Counted from the first letter of the stretch, positions 32,957 through 48,152 are shown. The stretch: DNA of 64,000 nucleotides from an uncultured delta proteobacterium (GCA_963716725.1 CAVQUB010000003.1:32001-96000), one strand, 5' to 3'. The notes: a model not told the origin generated them from the sequence alone. Program-made: numbers and translations.

Positions 32957-33886
32957 TCAGAGCCCGTAGTCCGCGCCCACTCCGAAGAAGAAGCCGCTGG
33001 TGCCAAAGCCCGCGTCGAGGCGCGCCACGAAGCTCTTGCTCGGCTTGTAGCGGAAGCCGGTCTGCAGCGCGAGCCACGGGAAGATGATGGGCTTGCTGCC
33101 GCCGTTTGCCCAGCTGGCTTCTTTGTAGCCGTCGTAGTGGTTGTTGTCGTCCCCGCAGAAGTCGCCGATGTTGGGGTTGCCCGGTCCGGTGCACTTCTTC
33201 CACTTGTAGGGATCTTCGTTGGGATTGCCGCTCTCGGGATAGGCCTGCGTCCGGAACAGATCGCCGAACACGAAGCCGAAGCCCGCGCCCATGCCGTAGT
33301 TCACCGCGAACTGCGAGCCGAGCTCTTGGCTCCAGAGGAAATCCGCCGTGAGGAAGATCACGTTGAGGTCGCTCTTGACGACCTCGAACGCGTTCTTCGG
33401 ATCCGAGCTGGCCTTGAAAGGCGTCTCGTCCATGTAGTAGCCGGCCCACCACGCGCTGAACACGTACTCGAAGCCGTCTTTGCGGATCGAAAACTCGGGA
33501 CCGACGCCGTGCACGTACACGGTCTTTCCGCCGTCGCCGAAGAGGTTCATCATGAACTTGGGAACGACGATGCCGCGGTAACGCAGGCCGACGAAGCGAT
33601 AGGTCTGACCCGGCAGCTCGACTGGTGAGTCGCCCGCGGGCACGTCGGCCGTGGGCGTGGCTTCCGCCGGCTTGGCGGCCTCCGTGGGCTCACCAGCCGC
33701 CTCATTGGGATCGACCGCCTTGGGCGGCGGCGCCGCAGCTTCGTCCGGGTTGCCGGCGGCTGGAGCAGCGGGTTCCGTTGGCTTCTCCTCGACGGGCTCC
33801 GCGCCCTGTGCCATCGCCCCCGGCGCGGCCAGGAGCGCCGCAGCCATGAACGTCCCACCAAACTTCCACTTCCCTCGCATCACCAT
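32957..33886 (-). CDS. putative outer-membrane beta-barrel protein
   Basis: Signal peptide, Pro/Glu linker, amphipathic strands, terminal FFFGVGADYGL; RBS GGAGGG. Confidence 0.7.
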   Translation of the reverse strand: MVMRGKWKFGGTFMAAALLAAPGAMAQGAEPVEEKPTEPAAPAAGNPDEAAAPPPKAVDPNEAAGEPTEAAKPAEATPTADVPAGDSPVELPGQTYRFVGLRYRGIVVPKFMMNLFGDGGKTVYVHGVGPEFSIRKDGFEYVFSAWWAGYYMDETPFKASSDPKNAFEVVKSDLNVIFLTADFLWSQELGSQFAVNYGMGAGFGFVFGDLFRTQAYPESGNPNEDPYKWKKCTGPGNPNIGDFCGDDNNHYDGYKEASWANGGSKPIIFPWLALQTGFRYKPSKSFVARLDAGFGTSGFFFGVGADYGL

Positions 33887-33906
33887 GAACCGACCCTCCA
33901 TACCCG

Positions 33907-33923
33907 TGGCACGCCGCGTGCCA
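33907..33923. promoter_or_regulatory. palindromic sigma54-like element TGGCAC-N5-GTGCCA
   Basis: TGGCACGCCGCGTGCCA reads GG-N10-GC on both strands, between divergent genes. Confidence 0.5.
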
Positions 33924-34059
33924 GAGCGGGGCGGATTGTGCCACGGCGTGTGCCAATCTCCAAAGCCCATTCTTTTCGCTGGTTCGCGTCCCGTGCCCCG
34001 GCCCCGCGGGGGAGGCGTACATGCTATTGGGTGCGCCACGCGCGCGGCGTGATCCCCCA

Positions 34060-35133
34060 ATGATCCTCCACAGCCTGGTGGTCCAGCAGGCCATCGACAT
34101 CGACGAGCAGGCGCACTTCGTCAAGGAGCTGGTCCTGGCGCGCGGCGTGATGCCCATCGCCATGGTGCGCAAGCGGGCGCTGCGGGCCGACGCCAGCGTG
34201 GCGCTCGCGCGCAGCGCGCCCGACGAGGCGGCGGCGGAGACCCGCGCACCAGTGCTGCTCATCCATGGCTACGGGCAGAACCGCTACGCTTTTCACCTCC
34301 CGCGGCGCAGCCTGGTCAATCACCTGGCTCGCGCGGGCTTCGACGTGTTCAACGTCGACCTGCGGGGCCGCGGACGCAGCGGGCACTTCGGCGCCCGACG
34401 CCCGCGCTCGGTGCTGGAGTTCATCCACGAAGACGTGCCGGCAGCCCTCGAGGAGATCAAGCTGCTCTCGGGCGATCGTCCGGTCTTCATCGTCGGGCAC
34501 TCCCTCGGTGGCGTGGTGGCCTACTGCGTGGCCGTCGATCACCGATCACGGGTCGCCGGCGTGGCGTCCTTCGGTTCGCCCTACCACTTCACCGCCGGGT
34601 CACGCTGGCTCACCGGATTGACCAGCGCGTTCCTGGCCCTCGACCAACGGCTGAACCTGCCCAACTTCGCCGTTCCGGCCCATGCCTACGGGAAGTTCGT
34701 GCGCACCGCGCGGCGCGTGGTGGAGAGCCCGCTGTACCCGCTGCCCTTCCGTGGCTTCCATCGCGGAGCCATCGAGCCGGAGGTGCTCGAGCAGCACATG
34801 GCGCTGGCCATGGACCGCGGCAGCATCGCGACCCTGCGCGCGATGTTCACCTGGGCGCAGGAGGCCCGAGATCGACAAGCCGGCGACGACGGCCTGTTCG
34901 GCTACGGCCGGAAGTTCGAGGCGCTGGAGGTGCCGCTCTTGGTCATTGCCGGGCTGTTCGACGATCTGGCACCGCCGGCCTCGGTGAAGCCCGCGTGGTC
35001 CCTCTCGGCCTCGAGCGATCGGAGCTATCGCGAGCTGCCCTTTGGGCACGTCGACATGTTGATCGGTCGCGAGGCCCCGAAGCTGACCTGGCCCCTGCTC
35101 GAGACCTGGCTGATGAAGCGCACGCGCAGCTGA
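34060..35133 (+). CDS. alpha/beta-fold hydrolase (PhaC-like fold, Ser nucleophile)
   Basis: LIHGYG, DLRGRG, GHSLGG, AGLFDDLAP, GHVD. Confidence 0.85.
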   Translation: MILHSLVVQQAIDIDEQAHFVKELVLARGVMPIAMVRKRALRADASVALARSAPDEAAAETRAPVLLIHGYGQNRYAFHLPRRSLVNHLARAGFDVFNVDLRGRGRSGHFGARRPRSVLEFIHEDVPAALEEIKLLSGDRPVFIVGHSLGGVVAYCVAVDHRSRVAGVASFGSPYHFTAGSRWLTGLTSAFLALDQRLNLPNFAVPAHAYGKFVRTARRVVESPLYPLPFRGFHRGAIEPEVLEQHMALAMDRGSIATLRAMFTWAQEARDRQAGDDGLFGYGRKFEALEVPLLVIAGLFDDLAPPASVKPAWSLSASSDRSYRELPFGHVDMLIGREAPKLTWPLLETWLMKRTRS

Positions 35134-35166
35134 GACCGACGGATCGCGACCACCGGGCACCTCGCC

Positions 35167-35436
35167 TCAGCTGTCGACCTTCTTCTTCAGCTTCGCGACC
35201 TCGCTCTCGAGGGATTTGACCTGGCGTTTCAGATCTTTGAACTCGTCCATGGTGGGGACCCGCATCATCTTGGCGAAGCGCTCGGTCTGCTCGGAGGTGA
35301 AGTGTTCCACTTTTCCCGGCACCTGGATCACGGTCATCATCGCGCGCATGAACTGCTCGTTCTGCATGAGCTTGGCCACGCGTGGATCACCCAGGAGCTG
35401 AAGGCCCCGCTTCTTCACCTCGTCCTTGATGCTCAT
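35167..35436 (-). CDS. small coiled-coil hypothetical protein (phasin/PhaE-like tail)
   Basis: VPTMDEFKDLKRQVKSLESEV; strong coding bias. Confidence 0.65.
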   Translation of the reverse strand: MSIKDEVKKRGLQLLGDPRVAKLMQNEQFMRAMMTVIQVPGKVEHFTSEQTERFAKMMRVPTMDEFKDLKRQVKSLESEVAKLKKKVDS

Positions 35437-35534
35437 GGGGCTAGTTCTAGCCGAGCCCCCAGAAAAACGGCGACAAATTCGCCGCTGTGCCCGGGCTCTT
35501 GGCGCTGATCCGGAGAGGCGGGTATTCTCGGCAG

Positions 35535-35999
35535 GTGCGCCGAGCCCTCGCCCCCGTTGTCCTAGCCTGCTGCGTCTTTGCCGGCTGCGAGACCCATGTC
35601 CGCCGGGGCAGCACGCTGTACGGGGATGGCCGGTACGTCGAGGCGGCCGAGGTCTTCGAGCAGACCGAGTATCGACTGGCGAACTTCACGCCTCGCGAGC
35701 GCGCGGAGTACGGGCTGTACCGCGGCATGACCCTGTTGGTACTGGGCGACCTGCCGAACGCCCGGCGATGGCTGACTTACGCCTACGAGGTCGAGCGCGT
35801 CGTTCCCGGCGCGCTGCGCGTCGATCGTCGGGCATTGCTCGACCGCGGCTGGTTCGAGCTGGGTCAACGCCATCGCTCCGAATTGGAGGCGTCGCCCCGG
35901 GACGCCGACAGCGCCCTCGCCCACCGCCAGCCCGCGCCGCCTCCCGCAGCGCCGCCGGTGGACCCGGCGACCCCCGAGCGGGCGCTCGTGCCTCGCTGA
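35535..35999 (+). CDS. hypothetical TPR-like lipoprotein (paralog of 13439-13945)
   Basis: Lipobox FAGC; YRGM..LG...ARRWL..A..E...PGAL. Confidence 0.7.
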   Translation: MRRALAPVVLACCVFAGCETHVRRGSTLYGDGRYVEAAEVFEQTEYRLANFTPRERAEYGLYRGMTLLVLGDLPNARRWLTYAYEVERVVPGALRVDRRALLDRGWFELGQRHRSELEASPRDADSALAHRQPAPPPAAPPVDPATPERALVPR

Positions 36000-36041
36000 G
36001 AGACTGGCAAAACTCGCGCGGCGTCCTAGGTCTCTCGCAGC

Positions 36042-36443
36042 ATGGCGCGAGACAAGATCGTGAAAGACGAGGCCGAGTGGCGACGCGATCTGACCGACGA
36101 GCAGTATCGGGTGACGCGGCAGAAGGGCACCGAGCGCGCGGGCACCGGCAAGTACTACGGTGCTGCGGACGCCGGCGTGTATCGCTGCGTCTGTTGCGGA
36201 GCCGACTTGTTCTCGTCCGAAACCAAGTACGACTCGGGCAGCGGCTGGCCCAGCTTCTGGGCGCCGATGCTGAAAGAGAACGTCGAGCTCGAAGGCGACG
36301 CCAGCCTCGGGATGCGCCGGATCGAGGTCAAATGCGCGCGCTGCGACGCGCACCTCGGCCACGTCTTCGAGGACGGCCCGGAGCCCACGGGGCTCCGGTA
36401 CTGCATCAACAGCGTGTCGCTCGAGCTCGAGAAGCAGCGCTGA
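36042..36443 (+). CDS. msrB: peptide-methionine (R)-S-oxide reductase
   Basis: [32 protein letters not shown]. Confidence 0.95.
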   Translation: MARDKIVKDEAEWRRDLTDEQYRVTRQKGTERAGTGKYYGAADAGVYRCVCCGADLFSSETKYDSGSGWPSFWAPMLKENVELEGDASLGMRRIEVKCARCDAHLGHVFEDGPEPTGLRYCINSVSLELEKQR

Positions 36444-36444
36444 G

Positions 36445-37272
36445 TCAGCTCGACTTCACTGTCCCGATCTTGGACACATCGAAGTTGAACGAACGCTTGC
36501 CGTTGCTGACGGTCACCTTGATGGTGTCCTCGTCCACGCGCTGGAATGACAGCCCGAGTTTCTTGTTCTTGGGCGTGAGCAGGTTGTACGAGCCGGCCTG
36601 AGGGACCGGATCGACCCAGCGCATCTGGACACCGTCGATGGTGAGGTTCCACTCGCCGCGGACGCTGGCCCAGGAGCGGTGTCCGTCAATCTCGATGCCC
36701 TCGAGCACGCCGCCCGCCAGCGGAGTCTGGGTGCGGTCACCCTGCCCGCTGACCGCGAAGCCATCGTGAACCCGCGTCCACTCCACCTGGTGAACGACCT
36801 TGCGGCTCAGTTCCTGGAAGTCCCAGGTCACGTCCGCGGTGCCATTCAGCTTCACCACCCCGTTGGTCAAGTCTGCCCAGGTGTGGTGGACCAGCACCTG
36901 AGCTTGGTCGTTCTTCTCGACCTGGATCGAGTGGGTCCCGCTGAATTTGTGCCCCTTGTACGTGCAGTTTCCGGGCTTGGCGCCGTACTTCACGGTCAGG
37001 GTCGCGTCGGCCAGGGTGATCTCCGCGCAGGGCAGCTGGGTCCCGACAACATCGCGGATTTCCTGGGCCGCGTTCTCGACCGCCTGACCAATGGTGAAGC
37101 TGGTCGTGATCTCCACCGACGCGGATTGCAGGCTCTGAGCCTGGGAGGACAGCGTCGACTCTTCGACCGCCTGCAGGGCCTCGGCGAAGGTGAGGGTGTC
37201 GTCTTCCTTCTCTTTGGGGCAGCCACTGAGAACAACCGTCAACACCAGACCCACGAGCGCGCGATAACGCAT
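36445..37272 (-). CDS. hypothetical beta-rich lipoprotein
   Basis: Lipobox LSGC; RBS GGAGGT. Confidence 0.75.
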   Translation of the reverse strand: MRYRALVGLVLTVVLSGCPKEKEDDTLTFAEALQAVEESTLSSQAQSLQSASVEITTSFTIGQAVENAAQEIRDVVGTQLPCAEITLADATLTVKYGAKPGNCTYKGHKFSGTHSIQVEKNDQAQVLVHHTWADLTNGVVKLNGTADVTWDFQELSRKVVHQVEWTRVHDGFAVSGQGDRTQTPLAGGVLEGIEIDGHRSWASVRGEWNLTIDGVQMRWVDPVPQAGSYNLLTPKNKKLGLSFQRVDEDTIKVTVSNGKRSFNFDVSKIGTVKSS

Positions 37273-37300
37273 GATGAAACCTCCTAGGACCACCCAGACT

Positions 37301-37316
37301 AGCAGCGATCGTGCCA
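37301..37316 (-). promoter_or_regulatory. sigma54 (-24/-12) promoter
   Basis: Minus strand TGGCAC-GATCG-CTGCT, about 30 bp upstream of ATG 37272. Confidence 0.7.
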
Positions 37317-37365
37317 GGCCGGGAGTCGTGGGTCCGGGTGCGAGCAGCGCCTACCGACCTGCCCT

Positions 37366-39485
<2,120 letters not shown>

Positions 39486-39554
39486 GGTGCCCTCAGCATA
39501 GCCGGAAATGGGCCGCGGCGTGGGCCCCGTCAGCTGTGGGCATCTGTGGGCCGC

Positions 39555-39720
39555 TCAGCGCGAGCCGTGCCGCCAAAGCAGGCGATACAAGTAGTTGCTA
39601 TCGATTCCGGCAGCCCGGGCCACGGCCGAGACGTTACCTGGCGCTCTCAGCCAGGAGATCCTCCAGATTGCTACGCGCCAACCCCCGCAGGTGGATCGGC
39701 AACCGTCGGCTCGTTCTGAC
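39555..39720 (-). pseudogene. remnant Fis-type HTH of a sigma54 activator
   Basis: GNVSAVARAAGIDSNYLYRLLWRHG with no intact upstream domain. Confidence 0.65.
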
Positions 39721-39748
39721 CAATCTGCTTCGCGAGCTCCCGCCGACG

Positions 39749-40975
39749 TCATTTGGGGACGCTCAGGATCAGCCCACGTTCGGAGTCGCTGAAGTAGAGC
39801 CGGGATTCATCGACCGCAAGGTCGTTCGTTAGGGCCGTGGCCAGAGGCACACTCTCGTCGCCTGTCTTGGCTTGTCGCCGGATCATGTCCGCATTGAAGT
39901 AGACGTGGGCGTCATCGACGGCGATGCCGCTCGACGTGTGAAGCTTCGAGAGGGTGTGAGTCGCCCCGCCTACTTTCGCGATTTCGAGCAAGCCGCGAGA
40001 CGCCCAGAATACCGAGGTGGCGTCCGTCCCGATCCCGCCCGTTTCGAACTCGGTGGATGCGAGTTTCTGGGGGTCGGAGCCGTCCAGCGCTGCGCTGAAC
40101 AGGTCCGTTGTGGGCCAGGTGTACGGGCCCGGGCTGTGGAAGGGGGGTGTCGTCCAGTAGACCTGGGTGGAGTCAATCGCCAAGCCGACAGTTTGAGCGG
40201 ATACCCAACCATCGACAGTGGCGATGTCCGCCGTTGCGCTCCCGTCGAAGGACACCCAGAGGATGCCGCCCGCCCCGTAGACGTAGAGGCCGGACCCTCC
40301 GACGACCAGGGCGATTGCCCAGTAGTTGTAACCTTCGAGCAAGGTCGTGACCGAACCGCCGTTCGCATCGACCCCGCGCACGGCGGGTCCGGGTCCGCCT
40401 CCCGCCCTGCGATTCACCCAGTAGACAGTGCCTTGGTGGACGGCCACATCCCAGGGGCCATCCTGCCCGGAGGCGAGCACCGCGGGGTTGCCTCCGCTCT
40501 TGGGCGCCTTGAGCACCCTGCCACTCGCGTCGTCAGTCCAGTAGATGTTGGCGCTGTCCAAGGCAATTGCGCTCGGCCATGCTTGCCCCGCTGCGTGAAT
40601 CGTCGCGCTCTTGCACTGCCCTGCGACGCACATCGGCGCCTCACCCGGCGACGTGACGCCGCACAGCACGCCACAAGCACCGCAGTTGTGGCGATCGACG
40701 CGCAAGTCGACGCAGCTCGCGCCGCAGAGCGAGGTGCCAGAGCAAGAACAGGCTCCCTCGATGCAAGTCAAACCTGGCTCGCATGCGTGGCCGCATTGGC
40801 CGCAGTTTTGGGAGTCATACGAGAGGTCGGAACAGCCGGATCCGCACGGAACTCCGATGGGGCAAGCGGGCTCGTTGCCGCCGTCGGATGGCGTGGAGTG
40901 CTCGGTCTGCCCACACCCCGCGGCTGCTGCGACGAGGGCCACGAGCATCCAGCGATCCGCAGACATGCACGTCAT
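39749..40975 (-). CDS. lipoprotein with Stigma1-like Cys repeats and a beta-propeller
   Basis: Lipobox AAGC; CSDLSYDSQNCGQCGHAC and CVDLRVDRHNCGACG; repeated IA.D...YW blades. Confidence 0.8.
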   Translation of the reverse strand: MTCMSADRWMLVALVAAAAGCGQTEHSTPSDGGNEPACPIGVPCGSGCSDLSYDSQNCGQCGHACEPGLTCIEGACSCSGTSLCGASCVDLRVDRHNCGACGVLCGVTSPGEAPMCVAGQCKSATIHAAGQAWPSAIALDSANIYWTDDASGRVLKAPKSGGNPAVLASGQDGPWDVAVHQGTVYWVNRRAGGGPGPAVRGVDANGGSVTTLLEGYNYWAIALVVGGSGLYVYGAGGILWVSFDGSATADIATVDGWVSAQTVGLAIDSTQVYWTTPPFHSPGPYTWPTTDLFSAALDGSDPQKLASTEFETGGIGTDATSVFWASRGLLEIAKVGGATHTLSKLHTSSGIAVDDAHVYFNADMIRRQAKTGDESVPLATALTNDLAVDESRLYFSDSERGLILSVPK

Positions 40976-41378
40976 CGTACCACTCCGTCCGAGAGGGTGC
41001 CGTGTCGTCGCCGCCGCCGGCACTCGAGACGGCCAGGGCCGCCAGCAGAGCGACCTTCGCGGTCTCCCCCGCGGCGGGCATGTCGCCGTCATCGAAGCGG
41101 TTCCTCTCGCTCGAGAGAACGAGGGGGATGAACGAAGCCTTCGACAGGTTCCGTCGAGTTGCTCGTTGGTTCTTCGTTCACCGAGCTTCGTGCCTCTAGG
41201 TCGTAACGCTCTGGCGAGCCGCTCGACGACGGCGAGTGCCGTCAGCGCAACGGTGTCGCGGCGTTGCTCGTCCGCACTCCCATCGACGGGTTGGACCCGC
41301 ATGGTCGCTCAGCCCGGGGCGTGGTCGCCGCCATGGAACCGGCCCGCCGCCACGTCCTGTCGCTCGCCGCGCCTCGGC

Positions 41379-42656
41379 CTACGGGGGAAAGCAGTCGTCG
41401 CCCATCGCGTACAGCCGCCCCGTCCAAAGCAGCACTCGGTCGCCGAACGTGGTGTCGCCGAGCTTGCTCGCCGTGAGGATCTTGATTGCGGGTGGAGCGC
41501 TGGGAAAGGTCTGCTCGACGGGACCGAGGACGGAGAGCCCGTAGTAGCGATAGGTTCGAACTCGGGCGTCCAGGCTGGGGATCACCAGGTCCGGATAGCC
41601 GTTCCGATCGACGTCGGCGATGGCGAGCCCGCGCCCCCCGGCAACCGTGACGGCACGGCTGAACACTCCGCTGTCGTCGGAGACGTGGATCTCCACCGGC
41701 GGTTCGTACGGTGGGCTTGACTCTGCGTGCACGAGGACGAGATCGACGTTTCCGTCCTGCGTCAAGTCGTGCGCAACCACTTCCGCGATGGGCCCCGAGG
41801 TGTCGAGCTTCTGGTCAACGACGAGCGCTCCCGCTTCGAAGCGGTAGACCGTGTCGCCCACTGCGAGCCGGTGGTCACCGAGGTGAGCCAAGGGTTTGGG
41901 CAGCGGCTGGCTGGCTCCCTTCAGCGTCGTGATGAGCTTCAGCGCCCCGTTCTGCACGCCGAGCACCGAGACATGCGGGGTGTCCCCCGCCGTGGAGACG
42001 ATCAGCTCCGCCTTTCCGTCCCCATCGAGGTCGCCGAGGATCATTTGCTCCGCCCAGCCCGAGCCGAACGCTTGTCCGCCGAGCGCGAAGTCGCCGCCAC
42101 CGAGGCCACCCCACCAGCGCACCGCCGACTTCTCCTTGGACGCCGCCGCAACGACCGCGATGTCGGGGACACCGTCCCCGGTGAGATCACCCAGCACCGG
42201 CGAGTAGGTCCCAAGATTGTACCAATCGAGCTCTCCGATCACGCGCGGCTCATCCAAACGTCCGGTTCCGTTGCCCAGCGCCACCGCGAGCACGGGAGCC
42301 CGGTCGTATGGCAAGACCATCGCGACGTCGGAGGTGGAGTCCGAGTTCGCATCCCCGATGGACACAGCGACCGCAGTGTAGGCCGCCGGCAAGAGCAAGA
42401 CCGACGAGCACACCCGAGTCCCGAGGGGATGGCAGACCGGCGAGGTCTCGTACTCGTGGCACAGGGGCTTTGCACCCGGACAGGTCTCGTTGCTCCACTC
42501 ATACGAGCCGCCGTGGTCGCCACTGTTCACGTATTCGCAGACTCGGTAGCTGCTCTTTCCCGTGCAGTGCGCGGTGTTCGGTTCGCATTCGTCCGTGCCG
42601 CACCCGCCGGGGGTCAGGCTCAGGAGCGCCGCGAGCGAATGAACGAAGATGCGCAT
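41379..42656 (-). CDS. FG-GAP/VCBS-repeat lipoprotein
   Basis: GDANSDSTSD, GDLTGDGVPD, GDLDGDGKAE, HDLTQDGNVD, ADVDRNGYPD. Confidence 0.85.
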   Translation of the reverse strand: MRIFVHSLAALLSLTPGGCGTDECEPNTAHCTGKSSYRVCEYVNSGDHGGSYEWSNETCPGAKPLCHEYETSPVCHPLGTRVCSSVLLLPAAYTAVAVSIGDANSDSTSDVAMVLPYDRAPVLAVALGNGTGRLDEPRVIGELDWYNLGTYSPVLGDLTGDGVPDIAVVAAASKEKSAVRWWGGLGGGDFALGGQAFGSGWAEQMILGDLDGDGKAELIVSTAGDTPHVSVLGVQNGALKLITTLKGASQPLPKPLAHLGDHRLAVGDTVYRFEAGALVVDQKLDTSGPIAEVVAHDLTQDGNVDLVLVHAESSPPYEPPVEIHVSDDSGVFSRAVTVAGGRGLAIADVDRNGYPDLVIPSLDARVRTYRYYGLSVLGPVEQTFPSAPPAIKILTASKLGDTTFGDRVLLWTGRLYAMGDDCFPP

Positions 42657-42671
42657 GTGCTCAGCCTGCCC

Positions 42672-43076
42672 TCAGGGGTGCGAACAGGTCTTGCTGGAGC
42701 CTACGACGTCGCAGATGAACCCCGGCCGGCAGTCCTTGTTCTCCTTGCAGTCGAGCTTACAGCCCAGACCGAGGATGCAGTAGTGGCCGCCGCAGCTGAA
42801 GGTCGCACCCACCTTCTCCTCGGTGTTGTCGTTGGGACAACGCCACCCACATCCGTACCCCGGGATGCAGAAGAGATTTCCGCACTTCGTGCCGTCCGAG
42901 AGCGTCCAGTCGTCGAGGCAGCTCGGTCCCGCGTCGCCCGTGCTGCCTCCGGCGCCACCCGTCGCCGCGCCGCCCGCACCGCCGCCCCCACCTGCAGGTC
43001 CCGGTTTGTCGTCGTCACCGCAGGCCGGTAGCAGCAGGCAAGCTCCAATCGCGATCAGAACGAAGTAGTGCTTCAT
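42672..43076 (-). CDS. small Cys-rich lipoprotein
   Basis: MKHYFVLIAIGACLLLPAC; Gly linker; about 12 Cys; RBS GGAGG. Confidence 0.75.
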   Translation of the reverse strand: MKHYFVLIAIGACLLLPACGDDDKPGPAGGGGGAGGAATGGAGGSTGDAGPSCLDDWTLSDGTKCGNLFCIPGYGCGWRCPNDNTEEKVGATFSCGGHYCILGLGCKLDCKENKDCRPGFICDVVGSSKTCSHP

Positions 43077-43087
43077 CTCGTCCTCCC

Positions 43088-43776
43088 TCACCCCAACGTC
43101 AACGAACCGGTTCGGCCCAGGTACACGACAGTGCGCACCGCGCCCGAGGGCTCGAACATCGTGTGAACGACGCTCTTTTCGGTGGCGAGCGTTCGAGACA
43201 TCCCACCCAGGCGCGTGCGACGCGTCTCGGCGCGAGCCCCCGTGAGCAGCAGCTCGAACCGACAGGCGTCGCGCCGGCACTCGGCGCTCTCGAGTTGGAT
43301 ACCGCTGAGTCCGAGCCGCGCGCGCTCGGTCGCAACGGCGCCCTTGCCAGCGCGAAGCCAGGCGGTGTCAGCCGGCATCGCACGAAAACGCCGTTCCATG
43401 GCCGACGCATCTGCCCGCCGCAAACGTGGTGGTTTCGCCGCCGGGTGGCGCTTGGACTCGGTCGCCGACACCGGAGCAGGCGCGCTGGAGGGCGGCCACT
43501 TCTCCTCCAGGGCGGCCTTCAGCTTCTCTGCTTCGGCGAGACCCGCGAGCAGCACGTCCGTCGAACGACGATCCTTGGCGGCGACCGTTCGCGTGAGGTC
43601 CGGCAGCGCGGCGGCTGTTCCGTGGGGCGAAACCGCCTGAGCGCGCGGCTCGGGCGGCGTGGCGGACGCCAATCTCGCGCGACTGGACTGAGGCGTTTCG
43701 TCCCGCGGCCAGAGCGCAAGGCCCGCAACGCACAAGAGTCCCGCGACGACCCCGGCCTTCCGGGTCACCACGCCCT

Positions 43777-43780
<4 letters not shown>
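43088..43780 (-). CDS. membrane-anchored hypothetical protein
   Basis: GTGA overlap with the upstream stop; N-terminal TM; C-terminal DTAW...ECRRDACRFEL domain. Confidence 0.65.
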
Positions 43781-46515
<2,735 letters not shown>

Positions 46516-46907
46516 AGTTCATGCCACCCATCCCCAACCTCCCGACGTGCTGCGTCCGACCCGTAGCATTCCCGGTCGAGGGAGCGATGTCACGCGGTAA
46601 TGCATCGGCGCGCCAACTTTCGTGGGCGCATGGATGGCGATGTGGGCGGGACCGATGACGACCGTCAAGTCGTGCGCGCTCCGAGGACACCCGCTGCCTG
46701 CCCCGCATCGAGGCGGCCTGCATCGCGGGCGTCGATGACACGCGCCAGCCTCGGCCACCGAACTAGCGGTGGCCATCGCCATTGAAGCGATGGCTCACGA
46801 GCGCGGAGCGACGCCGGCGCGCCATGGAGGAAGCGGTGGGCCGCGGCGAGCAATTTTGAGTTCCGGTGCCCGATGCCTTCCCTCGAGCGCACCGAGCGGG
46901 ACCCTGG

Positions 46908-48152
46908 TCACGGCGCCGAGAACGCCGCGAGCGCGTCGAGAACGCTGCCCATGGCCGCTTTGTCGGTCTCTGCAGGGCCGCGCAAGCCGAGTGAGCAGAA
47001 CGCCGAGATGGCTGCGACGTTCCCGACTGCCCCGACTGCCGCTGCCTCGCTCGCGCACGCTGAAGCGTGCTGATCGTTCAGGCCATTCACGCTGACGAAG
47101 GGAAAGCGCTCGCGGCGTGAGGTGAGGCTCTGGAAGAGCGCCTGGAAGAACGCCTTCTGCTGATCCGGCGAGCTGCCGCTCTCAATCGCGCTGGGATATC
47201 CCACCGCTTGCAGCAAGATCGGACGCGGCACTGCGCCGTCGACCTCGACCGCTGCCAGCAGTCCGGCCAGATCTTGCGCCACCATCGACGGTGCTCGCGC
47301 CGCGAAGCTGGAGTCCAGCGGGTAGTAGGTCGCGATGACGACGTCGGACTTGTCGATGATGTTCTTGATCGAAGCAGAGCTGCCGCTGGTCAGCGCCTCC
47401 GCGCTGAAGGTCGCGCCGACTCGCAGCGACGGCGGCTTGGCCGGATGCTTCTTCAGGTAGAAGATGCCGTGCTCGACGAGGGCAGCCAGCTCCGTCGCGT
47501 TCTTGTTGCTTTGGCTCCCGAAGTAGCGATCGAGCTCGTTGCCGAACGAGATCGCGTACAGCTCGTCACCGAAGGTGGCCAGCACTTTGTCGACCAAGGC
47601 GTCGAGCGCGCCTTGGGTCGCGCTGTCGTTCCAGCTCGCCGCGGAGCCCGTTGGGCGGGCGTCCAAGCTTCGGTCCACCAGCGCGAGACAGACGAGCAAG
47701 CTGCGTCCCGACCCCTGGTAGAGCTGCGACAGACTCTGCAGCCTCGCCCACTCGCTGGCGTCTGGGATCGTCGGGGCCTCGAACAAGCGGTCCCAACGCA
47801 GCACCTCGCTCACCCCGCGGGAACCGAGCGCGATCACGTCGAGCTGTGCCAGCTTCTCGTCCGCGGGGGTGGGCCCGGCGTCCCCAGCGCTGGGCGCAAC
47901 CGGCATGATCCCGAGCCGGATCGGCGACAGCGGAGCGTCGCCCACGTCCGCGTCGATGCCCGCATCATCTGCGCCGTTGCCCCCACTGCCGTCCGGCTTG
48001 CCCCCGTCGCCGGCAGTGCCGCCGGAGCCGCCAGCGTCCGCCTTGTGCTTGGTGATCTCGGGGTTGTCGTCGCCGGAGCACGCGACACCGAGCGCCAGCC
48101 CGATGAGCCCGACGGCCACCGACGCGAGGAGCCTTTCGAAGCGAGCCGACAT
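46908..48152 (-). CDS. lipoprotein with a clan-A glycoside-hydrolase-like TIM barrel
   Basis: Lipobox GVAC; SFGNELD; TYYP; PILLQAVGYPS. Confidence 0.7.
   Translation of the reverse strand: MSARFERLLASVAVGLIGLALGVACSGDDNPEITKHKADAGGSGGTAGDGGKPDGSGGNGADDAGIDADVGDAPLSPIRLGIMPVAPSAGDAGPTPADEKLAQLDVIALGSRGVSEVLRWDRLFEAPTIPDASEWARLQSLSQLYQGSGRSLLVCLALVDRSLDARPTGSAASWNDSATQGALDALVDKVLATFGDELYAISFGNELDRYFGSQSNKNATELAALVEHGIFYLKKHPAKPPSLRVGATFSAEALTSGSSASIKNIIDKSDVVIATYYPLDSSFAARAPSMVAQDLAGLLAAVEVDGAVPRPILLQAVGYPSAIESGSSPDQQKAFFQALFQSLTSRRERFPFVSVNGLNDQHASACASEAAAVGAVGNVAAISAFCSLGLRGPAETDKAAMGSVLDALAAFSAP

Noticed and set aside
34060..35436. PHA synthase PhaC/PhaE pair
   Set aside because: The nucleophile is Ser (GHSLGG), not the PhaC Cys; the small neighbour has only a generic coiled coil.
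35997..36016. IS-end-like GAGACTGGCAAAACTC
   Set aside because: No partner end or transposase nearby; only a 42-bp intergenic gap.
46600..46615. sigma54 promoter for the EEP gene (TGGCGCGCCGATGCAT, minus strand)
   Set aside because: GG-to-GC spacing is 9 nt rather than the required 10.
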